A stretch of DNA of 64,000 nt from Patescibacteria group bacterium (GTDB taxonomy: Bacteria > Patescibacteriota > Minisyncoccia > UBA6257 > 2-01-FULL-56-20), in NCBI GenBank assembly GCA_028865305.1, contig JAGWKM010000001.1, positions 34,168 to 98,167 on the forward strand. Direction: 5' to 3'. The notes below the pieces were generated by a model that was not told the DNA's origin, made no database searches, and saw nothing but the letters and a program-made list of their open reading frames with translations. Every line of letters starts with the position of its first letter. The stretch's first letter is position 1. Positions 46,074-54,745 of the stretch are shown here, piece by piece. Position numbers and translations under genes: made by a program.

Positions 46074-46451
46074 TTAAGGATTTCCGAGCCGACGGACTTC
46101 TTCTTGTTTCTCGTTCAACAGCTTTTCCAGTTTTTCCGATAGTTGGTTCAGGGGCGTTGAACCGTCGAAGCCGGAAGTTAACAGGTATTCAATGCCGCTT
46201 TGCAGGTGTTCGAGCGTTTCGATTTCCATGTTGAGCAATTCGCGTTTTGGATCGGCCTCTTCAACGGCTTCTTCATGTTTCTCTAATTTGGGTATGTAGG
46301 GTGCATTATAAACTCCGCGTCCCGCGCCTCGCGTGGCTGGTTTTTGAGAATTAGCCCCCAATTCCTGGATTTCTTTGCGGAGCCGTTCTTTTTCCTCTTC
46401 GGAAAGCTCGGCCTCCGGGGATTTATCGAAATCGCCTTCTTTTTCCGCCAT
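46074..46451 (-). CDS. hypothetical acidic protein
   Basis: TATAAT 6 nt before ATG at 46451; Glu-rich helical. Confidence 0.6.
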   Translation of the reverse strand: MAEKEGDFDKSPEAELSEEEKERLRKEIQELGANSQKPATRGAGRGVYNAPYIPKLEKHEEAVEEADPKRELLNMEIETLEHLQSGIEYLLTSGFDGSTPLNQLSEKLEKLLNEKQEEVRRLGNP

Positions 46452-46514
46452 ACCCGCATTATAGGACTTCGCCCGCGGATGGCAAATGGGGCATGGCCGT
46501 GATATCATTTCGAT

Positions 46515-47600
46515 ATGAAACCCGTCCTTGTCTCCGGCATCCAGCCCTCCGGCCGGCTGCACATCGGGAATTATCTGGGCGCGCTGAAAAACTTCGTTGA
46601 TCTGCAAAATTCCGGGAAATACGAGTGTCATTTTTTTATCGCTGACCTGCATTCGCTCACGGAGTCCTTCGAACCGGAAGAAAAGCGCGGGCAGATTCTG
46701 AATCTCGCGGCGGATTTTTTGGCGGCCGGGATCGATCCGGAAAAATCGGTCATCTTTCAGCAATCCCGGATTCCGGCGCACAGCGAGCTCGCTTGGATTC
46801 TGAATACGATAACGCCGATGGGGGAGCTGGCGCGTATGACTCAATTTAAAGAAAAATCAGAAAAATTTAACGAAAAATATATAGAAGATTTAAATTTACG
46901 TATTAAATCTGGGCAACCTCTTTCAACAGAAGAAGCTTTGAATAGTGTTTTTGTGAGATTGTCCGTCGCGAATGTCGGTCTGTTTGACTATCCAGTCCTG
47001 ATGGCTGCGGATATTTTACTTTATGATGCGGCGGTTGTGCCGGTGGGAGATGATCAACTTCAGCATCTTGAGCTCACGCGCACGCTCGCGCGGAAATTCA
47101 ATAAGAAATTCGGCAAAACGTTCATCGAGCCGAAGGATTTGCTTACGAAAACGCCGCGCGTGATGTCGCTCAAAGATCCGGCAAAGAAAATGTCCAAATC
47201 CCAGCCGGAGAGCTGCCTTTTCATCGATGATTCGCCGGAAGAAATCAGGCAGAAAATAGCCCGTGCGACCACCGATTCCGGTTCGGGAGTAAAATATGAT
47301 CCGGAAGAAAAACCCGGGCTTTCGAATTTGCTGGAAATTTATGCGGCATTGGGCGGCAAAGAACCGAAGGCGGTTGCGAAAGAATTCGCCGGCAAAAATT
47401 ATTCCGCATTCAAGGCTGCACTTTCGGAACTCGTCGCGGATTATTTCGCCGATTTCCGGAAAAAGAAAAAAGAACTGCTGGCCTCCGGTTCGGAATTGGC
47501 CACGGTTCTGAAAGCCGGTTCCGAACGTGCTAATATGGCAGCCGAGAAAAAAATCGCGGAAATACGGATGAAAATCGGAATTTCATTAAATAATCATTAA
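46515..47600 (+). CDS. trpS: tryptophan--tRNA ligase
   Basis: SGIQPSG.LHIGNY, YPVLMAADIL, VPVGDDQ, KMSKS. Confidence 0.98.
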   Translation: MKPVLVSGIQPSGRLHIGNYLGALKNFVDLQNSGKYECHFFIADLHSLTESFEPEEKRGQILNLAADFLAAGIDPEKSVIFQQSRIPAHSELAWILNTITPMGELARMTQFKEKSEKFNEKYIEDLNLRIKSGQPLSTEEALNSVFVRLSVANVGLFDYPVLMAADILLYDAAVVPVGDDQLQHLELTRTLARKFNKKFGKTFIEPKDLLTKTPRVMSLKDPAKKMSKSQPESCLFIDDSPEEIRQKIARATTDSGSGVKYDPEEKPGLSNLLEIYAALGGKEPKAVAKEFAGKNYSAFKAALSELVADYFADFRKKKKELLASGSELATVLKAGSERANMAAEKKIAEIRMKIGISLNNH

Positions 47601-47661
47601 AAAACTTTTGACAATTGATTTTGCGTCTTTATTCTGAAAATAAAGGCCGCGAAACCAATTT

Positions 47662-47850
47662 ATGATTAGTATGACACTTGATAAGCTTGCGAGATTGATG
47701 TCAGATGGTTTTGACGAAATGAAAAGAAGATTTGATCGGCTCGAGATGAGAGTATGCCGGATTGATAACGAGCTTGAGAATTATCGTTTGGAATTGAGGG
47801 ATCACGAAAACCGGATCCAGGGCTTGGAAAGAAAAACGGGGATCGCCTGA
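47662..47850 (+). CDS. small coiled-coil protein
   Basis: heptad pattern; TTGACA promoter-like site upstream. Confidence 0.6.
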   Translation: MISMTLDKLARLMSDGFDEMKRRFDRLEMRVCRIDNELENYRLELRDHENRIQGLERKTGIA

Positions 47851-47851
47851 A

Positions 47852-48571
47852 ATGAAGCAGCAGACAGAATTGCTTGAGCGGTATAATGACAAGCTTGCGG
47901 AGGTTTACGACGAAGCTTCCCAAAAGCCGGAGTTCGACTGGCGGTCGGCGCGGGAGGTAAGTTCGTTTGTTTTGCCGTACGCGAAGCCTCGTGGCAAGGT
48001 TTTAGATGTCGGCGTGGGTACCGGACAATCATCAGAAGCACTTTACCGGGCGGGGTGTAAGATCACCGGCGTAGACATTTCGCAGAAGATGCTTGATGCT
48101 GCTCGGAAAAAATTTTCTGATTGGGATTTGCGCAAAGCCGACATTGAAAAAGACGTCTTGAAATTTAAAAAAGCATCATTCGATATCATTGTCGCGTCAG
48201 GCATTTTCGAATTTCTGGATGATTTGGAAGGCGTTTTGAAAAAATTGGCAGAACTTCTTGCGCCATCGGGCGTGATTTGTTTCACATTCGAAGAATACTT
48301 GCCGGAGCACGAACTTCAGCAGTTCAAAGTGGCAGAACTGGGCAGGGGGATAGCAGATCCCGTTCCCGAACAGATTTCTTTCCGGGTGTACCGGCGCACC
48401 CTCGGGGAAATTGGGTTAGTTCTTAAAAAAATTGGAATGGATATCTCAGGACAAAAACAGTTCGTTTCATATTTCAAGACCAACCGAAAGATTCCAATAA
48501 TATATCGAGTAATCTTAGCTCGAATGGGAAGGGAACGAAGGATTTCTACTCTACGAAGAAATCCAATCTAG
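47852..48571 (+). CDS. class I SAM-dependent methyltransferase
   Basis: VLDVGVGTG, GVDIS..ML, FDII, LAPSG. Confidence 0.9.
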   Translation: MKQQTELLERYNDKLAEVYDEASQKPEFDWRSAREVSSFVLPYAKPRGKVLDVGVGTGQSSEALYRAGCKITGVDISQKMLDAARKKFSDWDLRKADIEKDVLKFKKASFDIIVASGIFEFLDDLEGVLKKLAELLAPSGVICFTFEEYLPEHELQQFKVAELGRGIADPVPEQISFRVYRRTLGEIGLVLKKIGMDISGQKQFVSYFKTNRKIPIIYRVILARMGRERRISTLRRNPI

Positions 48572-48693
48572 CCTCATCGTCGCAAATTTCAAGTTTGTGA
48601 ATTGAGAAAATTTTCCCAGTCCATTGTCCGCCGCCAGCGAAAAGCATGCGGCGGTTTTTTTATTTCCCAATCTTATCGCTCCTGCGGACGCCT

Positions 48694-51600
48694 CTAAATT
48701 TTCCTTATCCCAACCCAAACAGGATCGTTTTCCAGCTTTGTTTCCTCCTCGGCGTCGAATTTTTCGGTACGCTTGTATTCAACGAGTCCTGCGCCGACAT
48801 CGGATTTCAACGGCAGTTCGTTCTTTTGGACGGTAGCGCGGATCCCGGCTGGCAATTCGAGATAGAGCGCGATTTTGTCTTTCGGCTCGAGGCCGGCTTT
48901 CTGGCGCAACTCTTGGACCATGCGCGCGAGTTCGCGGAGCAATCCTTCTTCATGCAGCTCCGGTGTGATGGTTATATTCAACTTCGAATCGACTTCCAAA
49001 GTTTTATCAAAAGAAACTTTTTTGACATTGATCTCATCGCGGAGGATCACAAGAAATTCTTCCTTGCCTTCCAGCTCCATATTTTTCACCGTGAACTCCG
49101 AAAGCGGTTGGCGGACCTTAATTTTTGCATCTGCACGCGCCGCCAATCCCAATGCCGCCAGATCTCGCGCTGTTTGCATGTTTTCAAGAATTTCATTCCA
49201 TGCTCCATGCTCCATGCTCCATTCTCCATTCGCAGGCCATTCCTCCAAATGCACCGATTCCTTTGGCCCGCCGAGCGCCGCGTACAATCCTTCTGCAAAA
49301 AACGGCGTGAACGGCGCAAGGAGTTTGGTCAATGAAAGCAAAACAAAATGGAGCGTCGCTGAAGCGTTTTCGTAATCCGTTCTCCGTTCTCCGTTCTCCA
49401 TTCTCCATTCTTTTCCCTGCAGCCGTTTCCGCGAACGGCGGATGTACCAGCGGGATAAATCATCGACGAACGAATCGATTTCGATTGCCGCTTCGCGGAT
49501 TTCATAGCGGTCCAATTTTTCGGTCATTGAAGCGGTCAATTCAGCCAATCGCGCGGCGATCCATCGGTCGAGGATATTACGAGAGGAGGATGGATCGTGG
49601 AGGATGGAGGATGGGGCCGCGTAGGTTTTCCAAAAGACGAATGAATTGTAGATGATCAAATGCGTCCGCCGGAGCGCCTTCGCCACTTCCTGCTCGTCGA
49701 AATTTTTCGGTTCGCCGAACGGCGTGCCGGTGTAGAAATACCAGCGCACCGCGTCGGCGCCGAATTTGTCGATGACCGAAAACGGTTCGACGATATTGCC
49801 CTTCGATTTCGACATCTTCTGGCCGAACTTATCATTGATCAGGCCGAACGTGATGACGTTCTTATAGGGCGCTTCAAAACCGAGCGCGGTTGCGATGGCA
49901 AGCAGGGTGTAAAACCAGCCGCGGGTCTGGTCCATTCCTTCGGCGATGTAGTCGGCGGGGTAAGCGTGCGGCGGTTTTGTTCCATCCCATTCTCTATTCT
50001 CCATTCTCCGTTCTCCGCTTCCTCCAAACGGCCAGTGCACTTCCGCAAACGGCATGGCGCCCGAATCATACCAGACATCCGCCACTTCTTTTACGCGCCC
50101 CATCCGGTTTCCGCATCGCGGGCACGGAAGCGCGATTTCGTCCGCATAAGGCCGGTGCAGGTCCGCCGCTCCGGTTTCGTTCCGTGGGATGATTTTGAGC
50201 GGCAGTTCCCTGATTTCGGCAAAGCCGATGAATTCGCCCGGTTTCGCCCGTTTTTCATCGATGGCCCGTTTTTCACTCCATCCTTCGGCGACCTGGAAGA
50301 ACATCCAGATCGGATACTCGTGCGAAACGATCAGAATATTCTTGCCTTCATATTTCGATTCGCAATCCCGGAGGAATTCCCAAATCCGCGACCTGAGGTC
50401 GCGCACCGACTCGCCGCCCTCGGGCCGCTTTTCAAACCGCGATTCGTAGGTCGGATAAAATTCGGCATATTTCTTGTCGGGCAGGCCGGTGAGCGTCGGG
50501 CCGAGATGGATTTCTTCGATGCGTTTGTCGAATGATACTTCCGGCTTGCCGAGCACGGCGTAGTCGATGGTCTCGGTTTCCTTGGTGCGCGTGACGTCGG
50601 AGGAAATGATGATGTCGATTTTCTCCCCCTTTTTATCGAGTTGGCGCTTGAATTGGGTAATTGATTTCAAAACTTCTTCCTGGCCGCGCGGCGTGAGATG
50701 CAGGTATTTCCGCTGGCCGGAGTCGATGACGTTGAAGATGTTGCTTTCCGCTTCGCCGTGGCGCATGACCCAATAATGGTTTTTGGGCCCGCCGGCGAGT
50801 TCGTTCAATTCGTCCATGCTGCCGACGATCTCATGCCGGCCGCATTTGCCGCACTCCCAGATCGGCAGCGGCGCGCCCCAATACCGTTCGCGCGACAGGT
50901 TCCAGTCCTTCACTTCGCGCAGCCATTCGCCGAAGCGGCCTTCTTTCACGTGCTGCGGCATCCAGTTGATCGTTTCATTGCGTTTCAATAATTCGTTCCG
51001 CAGCCTGCTCATCGCGATGAACCAGGATGTGCGGGCATAATAAAGGATGGGCGTGCCGCAGCGCCAGCAATACGGATATTCGTGCGCGTATGGTTCGATG
51101 CGGAGCAGGGCGCCGCGTTGCTTCAGGTGTTCGAAAATGCGTTCTTCGGTTTCTTTCGATTTTGCGTATTCGCCGGCGAGCGCCGGAACGTCTTTCGTGA
51201 ACTTTCCTTCCTCATCCACGGTGTGGTGCTGCGGCAGGCCGATTTCCTGCCCGAGCCGGTAATCGTCTTCGCCGTACATCACGGCGGTGTGCACGACGCC
51301 GGTGCCGTCGGTCGTCGTTACGAAATCCGCCGGATAGATTTTGTAAGAAACCGGCGATTTCAATTTTTCTACATCGAAGAGCGGTTCGTATTCGAGGCCG
51401 ACCAAATCCGCGCCGGCGAGCTCGTGTGATTTTCCCGCGTTTTCCAGTCCGATGTCTTTCAATCGGCCTGCGGCAGCGATCACATATTCGCCATCTTTTT
51501 CTATGGCGCGATATTTGACATTCGGGCCGACTGCGAGCGCCACATTGCCGGGTAAAGTCCATGGGGTCGTGGTCCAAGAAAGAATGTAGATGTGATCTTC

Positions 51601-52305
51601 GGGTTTGATGAGCTGCGGGCCGATTTTTTGCCCCGGTTTCAATTTGAACTTCAGATAAACCGACTGGTCGGTCGCTTCCTTGTATCCTTGCGCCAGTTCA
51701 TGCGACGAGAGCGCGGTGCCGCAGCGCGTACACCAAGGGACTACCTTGTGCCCCTTATAAAGGAGGCCGTTCTTGTGGATTTGCGCCAGGGTAAACCAAA
51801 CCGTTTCGACGTATTCCGGCGAGTAGGTGATGTACGCGTTTTTGAGATCGAGCCAGTAGCCGATCCGTTCCGTGAGCCGCTCCCATTCGTCTTTATGGAT
51901 CCAAACCTGCTCCTGTGCGGCCTTGTTGAATTTCTCGACGCCGAAGGCTTCGATTTCTTTTTTCGTTTTGAACCCGAGCGCTTTTTCGGCTGCCATTTCG
52001 ACCGGCAGCCCGTGCGTGTCCCAGCCGGCGCGCCGCGGCACGTAATAGCCGCGCATGGTCTTGTAGCGCAGCATGACGTCCTTTACGACGCGCGCGAGCA
52101 CGTGGTGGATACCCGGCTTCCCGTTCGCGTACGGCGGCCCTTCGTAGAAAACGAATTCTTTTTTGTCCGCTTTTCGGTCTTCGTCTTCCCGTAAAGATTT
52201 CTCGAAAATTTTATTTGATCCCCAAAACGCCAGGACTTCTTCTTCAAGCTTCGGCAGGTTGAATTCACCTTTCAGAAAATCCGGTTTTTCGGATGATTTT
52301 GGCAT
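48694..52305 (-). CDS. ileS: isoleucine--tRNA ligase type 2 with inserted histidine-phosphatase domain
   Basis: EGPPYANG.PGIHH, GWDTHGLP, WTTTPWTLP, DWNLSRERYWG, DQTRGWF, KMSKS. Confidence 0.97.
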   Translation of the reverse strand: MPKSSEKPDFLKGEFNLPKLEEEVLAFWGSNKIFEKSLREDEDRKADKKEFVFYEGPPYANGKPGIHHVLARVVKDVMLRYKTMRGYYVPRRAGWDTHGLPVEMAAEKALGFKTKKEIEAFGVEKFNKAAQEQVWIHKDEWERLTERIGYWLDLKNAYITYSPEYVETVWFTLAQIHKNGLLYKGHKVVPWCTRCGTALSSHELAQGYKEATDQSVYLKFKLKPGQKIGPQLIKPEDHIYILSWTTTPWTLPGNVALAVGPNVKYRAIEKDGEYVIAAAGRLKDIGLENAGKSHELAGADLVGLEYEPLFDVEKLKSPVSYKIYPADFVTTTDGTGVVHTAVMYGEDDYRLGQEIGLPQHHTVDEEGKFTKDVPALAGEYAKSKETEERIFEHLKQRGALLRIEPYAHEYPYCWRCGTPILYYARTSWFIAMSRLRNELLKRNETINWMPQHVKEGRFGEWLREVKDWNLSRERYWGAPLPIWECGKCGRHEIVGSMDELNELAGGPKNHYWVMRHGEAESNIFNVIDSGQRKYLHLTPRGQEEVLKSITQFKRQLDKKGEKIDIIISSDVTRTKETETIDYAVLGKPEVSFDKRIEEIHLGPTLTGLPDKKYAEFYPTYESRFEKRPEGGESVRDLRSRIWEFLRDCESKYEGKNILIVSHEYPIWMFFQVAEGWSEKRAIDEKRAKPGEFIGFAEIRELPLKIIPRNETGAADLHRPYADEIALPCPRCGNRMGRVKEVADVWYDSGAMPFAEVHWPFGGSGERRMENREWDGTKPPHAYPADYIAEGMDQTRGWFYTLLAIATALGFEAPYKNVITFGLINDKFGQKMSKSKGNIVEPFSVIDKFGADAVRWYFYTGTPFGEPKNFDEQEVAKALRRTHLIIYNSFVFWKTYAAPSSILHDPSSSRNILDRWIAARLAELTASMTEKLDRYEIREAAIEIDSFVDDLSRWYIRRSRKRLQGKEWRMENGERRTDYENASATLHFVLLSLTKLLAPFTPFFAEGLYAALGGPKESVHLEEWPANGEWSMEHGAWNEILENMQTARDLAALGLAARADAKIKVRQPLSEFTVKNMELEGKEEFLVILRDEINVKKVSFDKTLEVDSKLNITITPELHEEGLLRELARMVQELRQKAGLEPKDKIALYLELPAGIRATVQKNELPLKSDVGAGLVEYKRTEKFDAEEETKLENDPVWVGIRKI

Positions 52306-52445
52306 TTTGTTTACCTTTGCAAACCTTTATTCCCAAACTCTTGAGAACATTGGAATAGCAACTTTAGTCCGCTTAATTCATTCAAAATACCAGATATTCC
52401 CATAATTTTCCAATAAAAAAGCGGGGCCGAAGCTCCGCGCATTTT

Positions 52446-52631
52446 TTATTTTGTCCTTCGGGAAAGGAGGAGATTGAGGTCGTCCTCGCGGACGCGGCAT
52501 TCGATGCCTTTAAAAACCGGCCTTAACGAACCCCTGCCCATCAACCGCCGGACGGATTCTTTGCTGTCGTTCAGGGCTTCCGCTGCCTGAGCGATGGTCA
52601 GGGAGGGGATATCCGATTTCTTTTCTACCAT
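52446..52631 (-). CDS. small excisionase-like HTH protein
   Basis: LTIAQAAEAL..S..SVRRL...GSL....RV...DL. Confidence 0.7.
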   Translation of the reverse strand: MVEKKSDIPSLTIAQAAEALNDSKESVRRLMGRGSLRPVFKGIECRVREDDLNLLLSRRTK

Positions 52632-52664
52632 ATGTACCCCGCTTATTAAAAGGTAGCAAACCAA

Positions 52665-54464
52665 TCAGATCTTTTCCAGCGTTTTGATGCCGAGGAGGTG
52701 CAGGCCGGTTCGGATGGTTTGGGCAGCGGTTTCGGCAAGCTGGAGCCGCGCTGTCCTCCGTTCTCCATTCTCATCTTTTAAGATTGGCGTTGTTTCGTAG
52801 AATTTGTTTGCAATCGAAGCAAGTTTATGGAGGTAGGTCGCCAATGTGCTTGGCGTGAAATTGACGCCGGCGCGCTGGACAATATCCGGAAATTCCAAAA
52901 TTTTCCGCATGAGCGAAAGCTCAAGCTGAGAAGTGAGAAATGAGAAGTGAGAAGTGGGAGATTTCCCATTTCCCACCTCCCATTTCCCACCTCCCATTTC
53001 CCACTTTCGCAAAATACTGCGCAATCTTGCGAAAGCGTACTGCAGATACGGGCCGGAATCGCCTTCGAATGAAAGTGATTTTTCGAAATCAAAGACGATG
53101 TCTTGGCCGGGATTTTGCCGCAGGATGGAATATTTGATGGCACCGATCGCGATGGCCTCGGTTGCCGCCGCGCGCTCTGCCGCATCCAGTTCGCTTCGTT
53201 CGCTTACGAACGCCTGCAATTTTTCTTTTGCCTGTCCGATGAGCGCTTCCGCCGCGATTATGTTTCCTTTGCGCGAAGACATTTTGCCGGATTCGAACCG
53301 CAGCATACCGTGGCCGATGTGCTTGGTCTTGCCGGCGGCTTCGGGCATCAGGAGATCCATCGCCTTCAAAAGCACGCGGAAATAGTCGTTCTGTTCGTTG
53401 CCGGTGATCACGATCGACTGGTCGAAATGGAAATCCTGATATTTTCGGGCAGTGAGGCCGAGCTCTTTCGCCTCATAGGTCGGCACGCCTTTCGAGTTTA
53501 CGAATACGCGCGTGTGCAGGCCGTGCGCTTCACCCTTGAAGACGACCGCCCCGTCGCTTTTTTCAAGGATGTTTTCCTTCAGTCCCTTTTCGACCGCTTT
53601 TAGCCCTTCTTCCGCCACCTCGCTTTCCCAATAGTTCCGGACGAATTTCGTATCGAGCCGCGCAAAAATTTCCTGGAAATGCCTGATGCTGATTTCGCGG
53701 CCCCAGGCATAGAGTTCATTGACTGCCGGGTCGGATTTTTCAAAAACCGTTTTGTTCAGCCCGTCGATTTCCTTTTTTGCTGATTCGTCTTCTTCATATT
53801 TCGTTGAGCCGAAAACGTAAGCATCCGCCCAAAATGCCAATTGCGTCTTAGCATCGGATGTCCGGAGGGCATCTGCCGTCAAGCCCTCCTGCCGCATTCG
53901 TTCGCGCACGCCGAAGATCGCTTTTGCCACATGCAGGCCGACATCGCCGCCGTAGGAAAGCCGCTTTACGTCCGCGCCCTGGGCCTCGATGAGCCGTGCG
54001 ATTGATTCGCCGATGGCGTTCGACATCAGATGCCCGATGTGGAACAGCTTGAACGGGTTCGGGTCGGTGAATTCGATGATGACTTTTGAGTCGGAGAATG
54101 GAGAATGGAGATTGGAGAATGAAATTGATTCGGCCATCGGCCATCGGCCATCGGCCATTTTCCAAAATTCCTCGGAAATGGTTTCCTTTCCCAGCCAAAA
54201 GTTAATGAACCCCGGACCGACTGCTTCCACTTTTTCAAAAAATCCAACGGGTGCCGCCTTGGCGATTTCTTCCGCCAGTTTTTTAGCGCGTTCAATTGTT
54301 TTTTCATTCCATTCTCCATTCTCCATTCTCCATTCTCCTTCTTTCATCCGCATCGCCACATTTGTCGAATAGTGCCCAAAAGTGCTTTCTTCGGGAACAA
54401 AAAGCTCGATGGCGGCATCTGCGCCCAAAACCTTTTTTATGATTTCCAGTATTTTTTCTTTCAT
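52665..54464 (-). CDS. argS: arginine--tRNA ligase
   Basis: FGHYSTNVAM, GPGFINF, PNPFK.FHIGH, KMSSRKG, GDSGPYLQY. Confidence 0.97.
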   Translation of the reverse strand: MKEKILEIIKKVLGADAAIELFVPEESTFGHYSTNVAMRMKEGEWRMENGEWNEKTIERAKKLAEEIAKAAPVGFFEKVEAVGPGFINFWLGKETISEEFWKMADGRWPMAESISFSNLHSPFSDSKVIIEFTDPNPFKLFHIGHLMSNAIGESIARLIEAQGADVKRLSYGGDVGLHVAKAIFGVRERMRQEGLTADALRTSDAKTQLAFWADAYVFGSTKYEEDESAKKEIDGLNKTVFEKSDPAVNELYAWGREISIRHFQEIFARLDTKFVRNYWESEVAEEGLKAVEKGLKENILEKSDGAVVFKGEAHGLHTRVFVNSKGVPTYEAKELGLTARKYQDFHFDQSIVITGNEQNDYFRVLLKAMDLLMPEAAGKTKHIGHGMLRFESGKMSSRKGNIIAAEALIGQAKEKLQAFVSERSELDAAERAAATEAIAIGAIKYSILRQNPGQDIVFDFEKSLSFEGDSGPYLQYAFARLRSILRKWEMGGGKWEVGNGKSPTSHFSFLTSQLELSLMRKILEFPDIVQRAGVNFTPSTLATYLHKLASIANKFYETTPILKDENGERRTARLQLAETAAQTIRTGLHLLGIKTLEKI

Positions 54465-54745
54465 TTTGACAAGTCCAGCAGTTCGGACTAACTTTATAAC
54501 AGGTGCGATTGAGGCATGCTGCTGGCTGATAATCCGCCGGATGATTCGAAGGCGCTCGCACAATCCTCAGGGCCTAACTTGCCCCGTCGCACCGTTCCTG
54601 CTCTTTATATATATATCGTATTTTTCTTCATTCTTGAAGCCCCCGCCCAAAAAGCGGGGCATTTTTGTAACCTTTTTGCTTGACACCCGTTAACTTTAAT
54701 GTTAACATTTCAAAGCATTTTAAAAACTGAAGAAGGGAAGCGGTT

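Noticed and set aside
52310-52445. T-box leaders for ileS, argS or trpS
   Set aside because: No GGTGGNACCGCG antiterminator motif found
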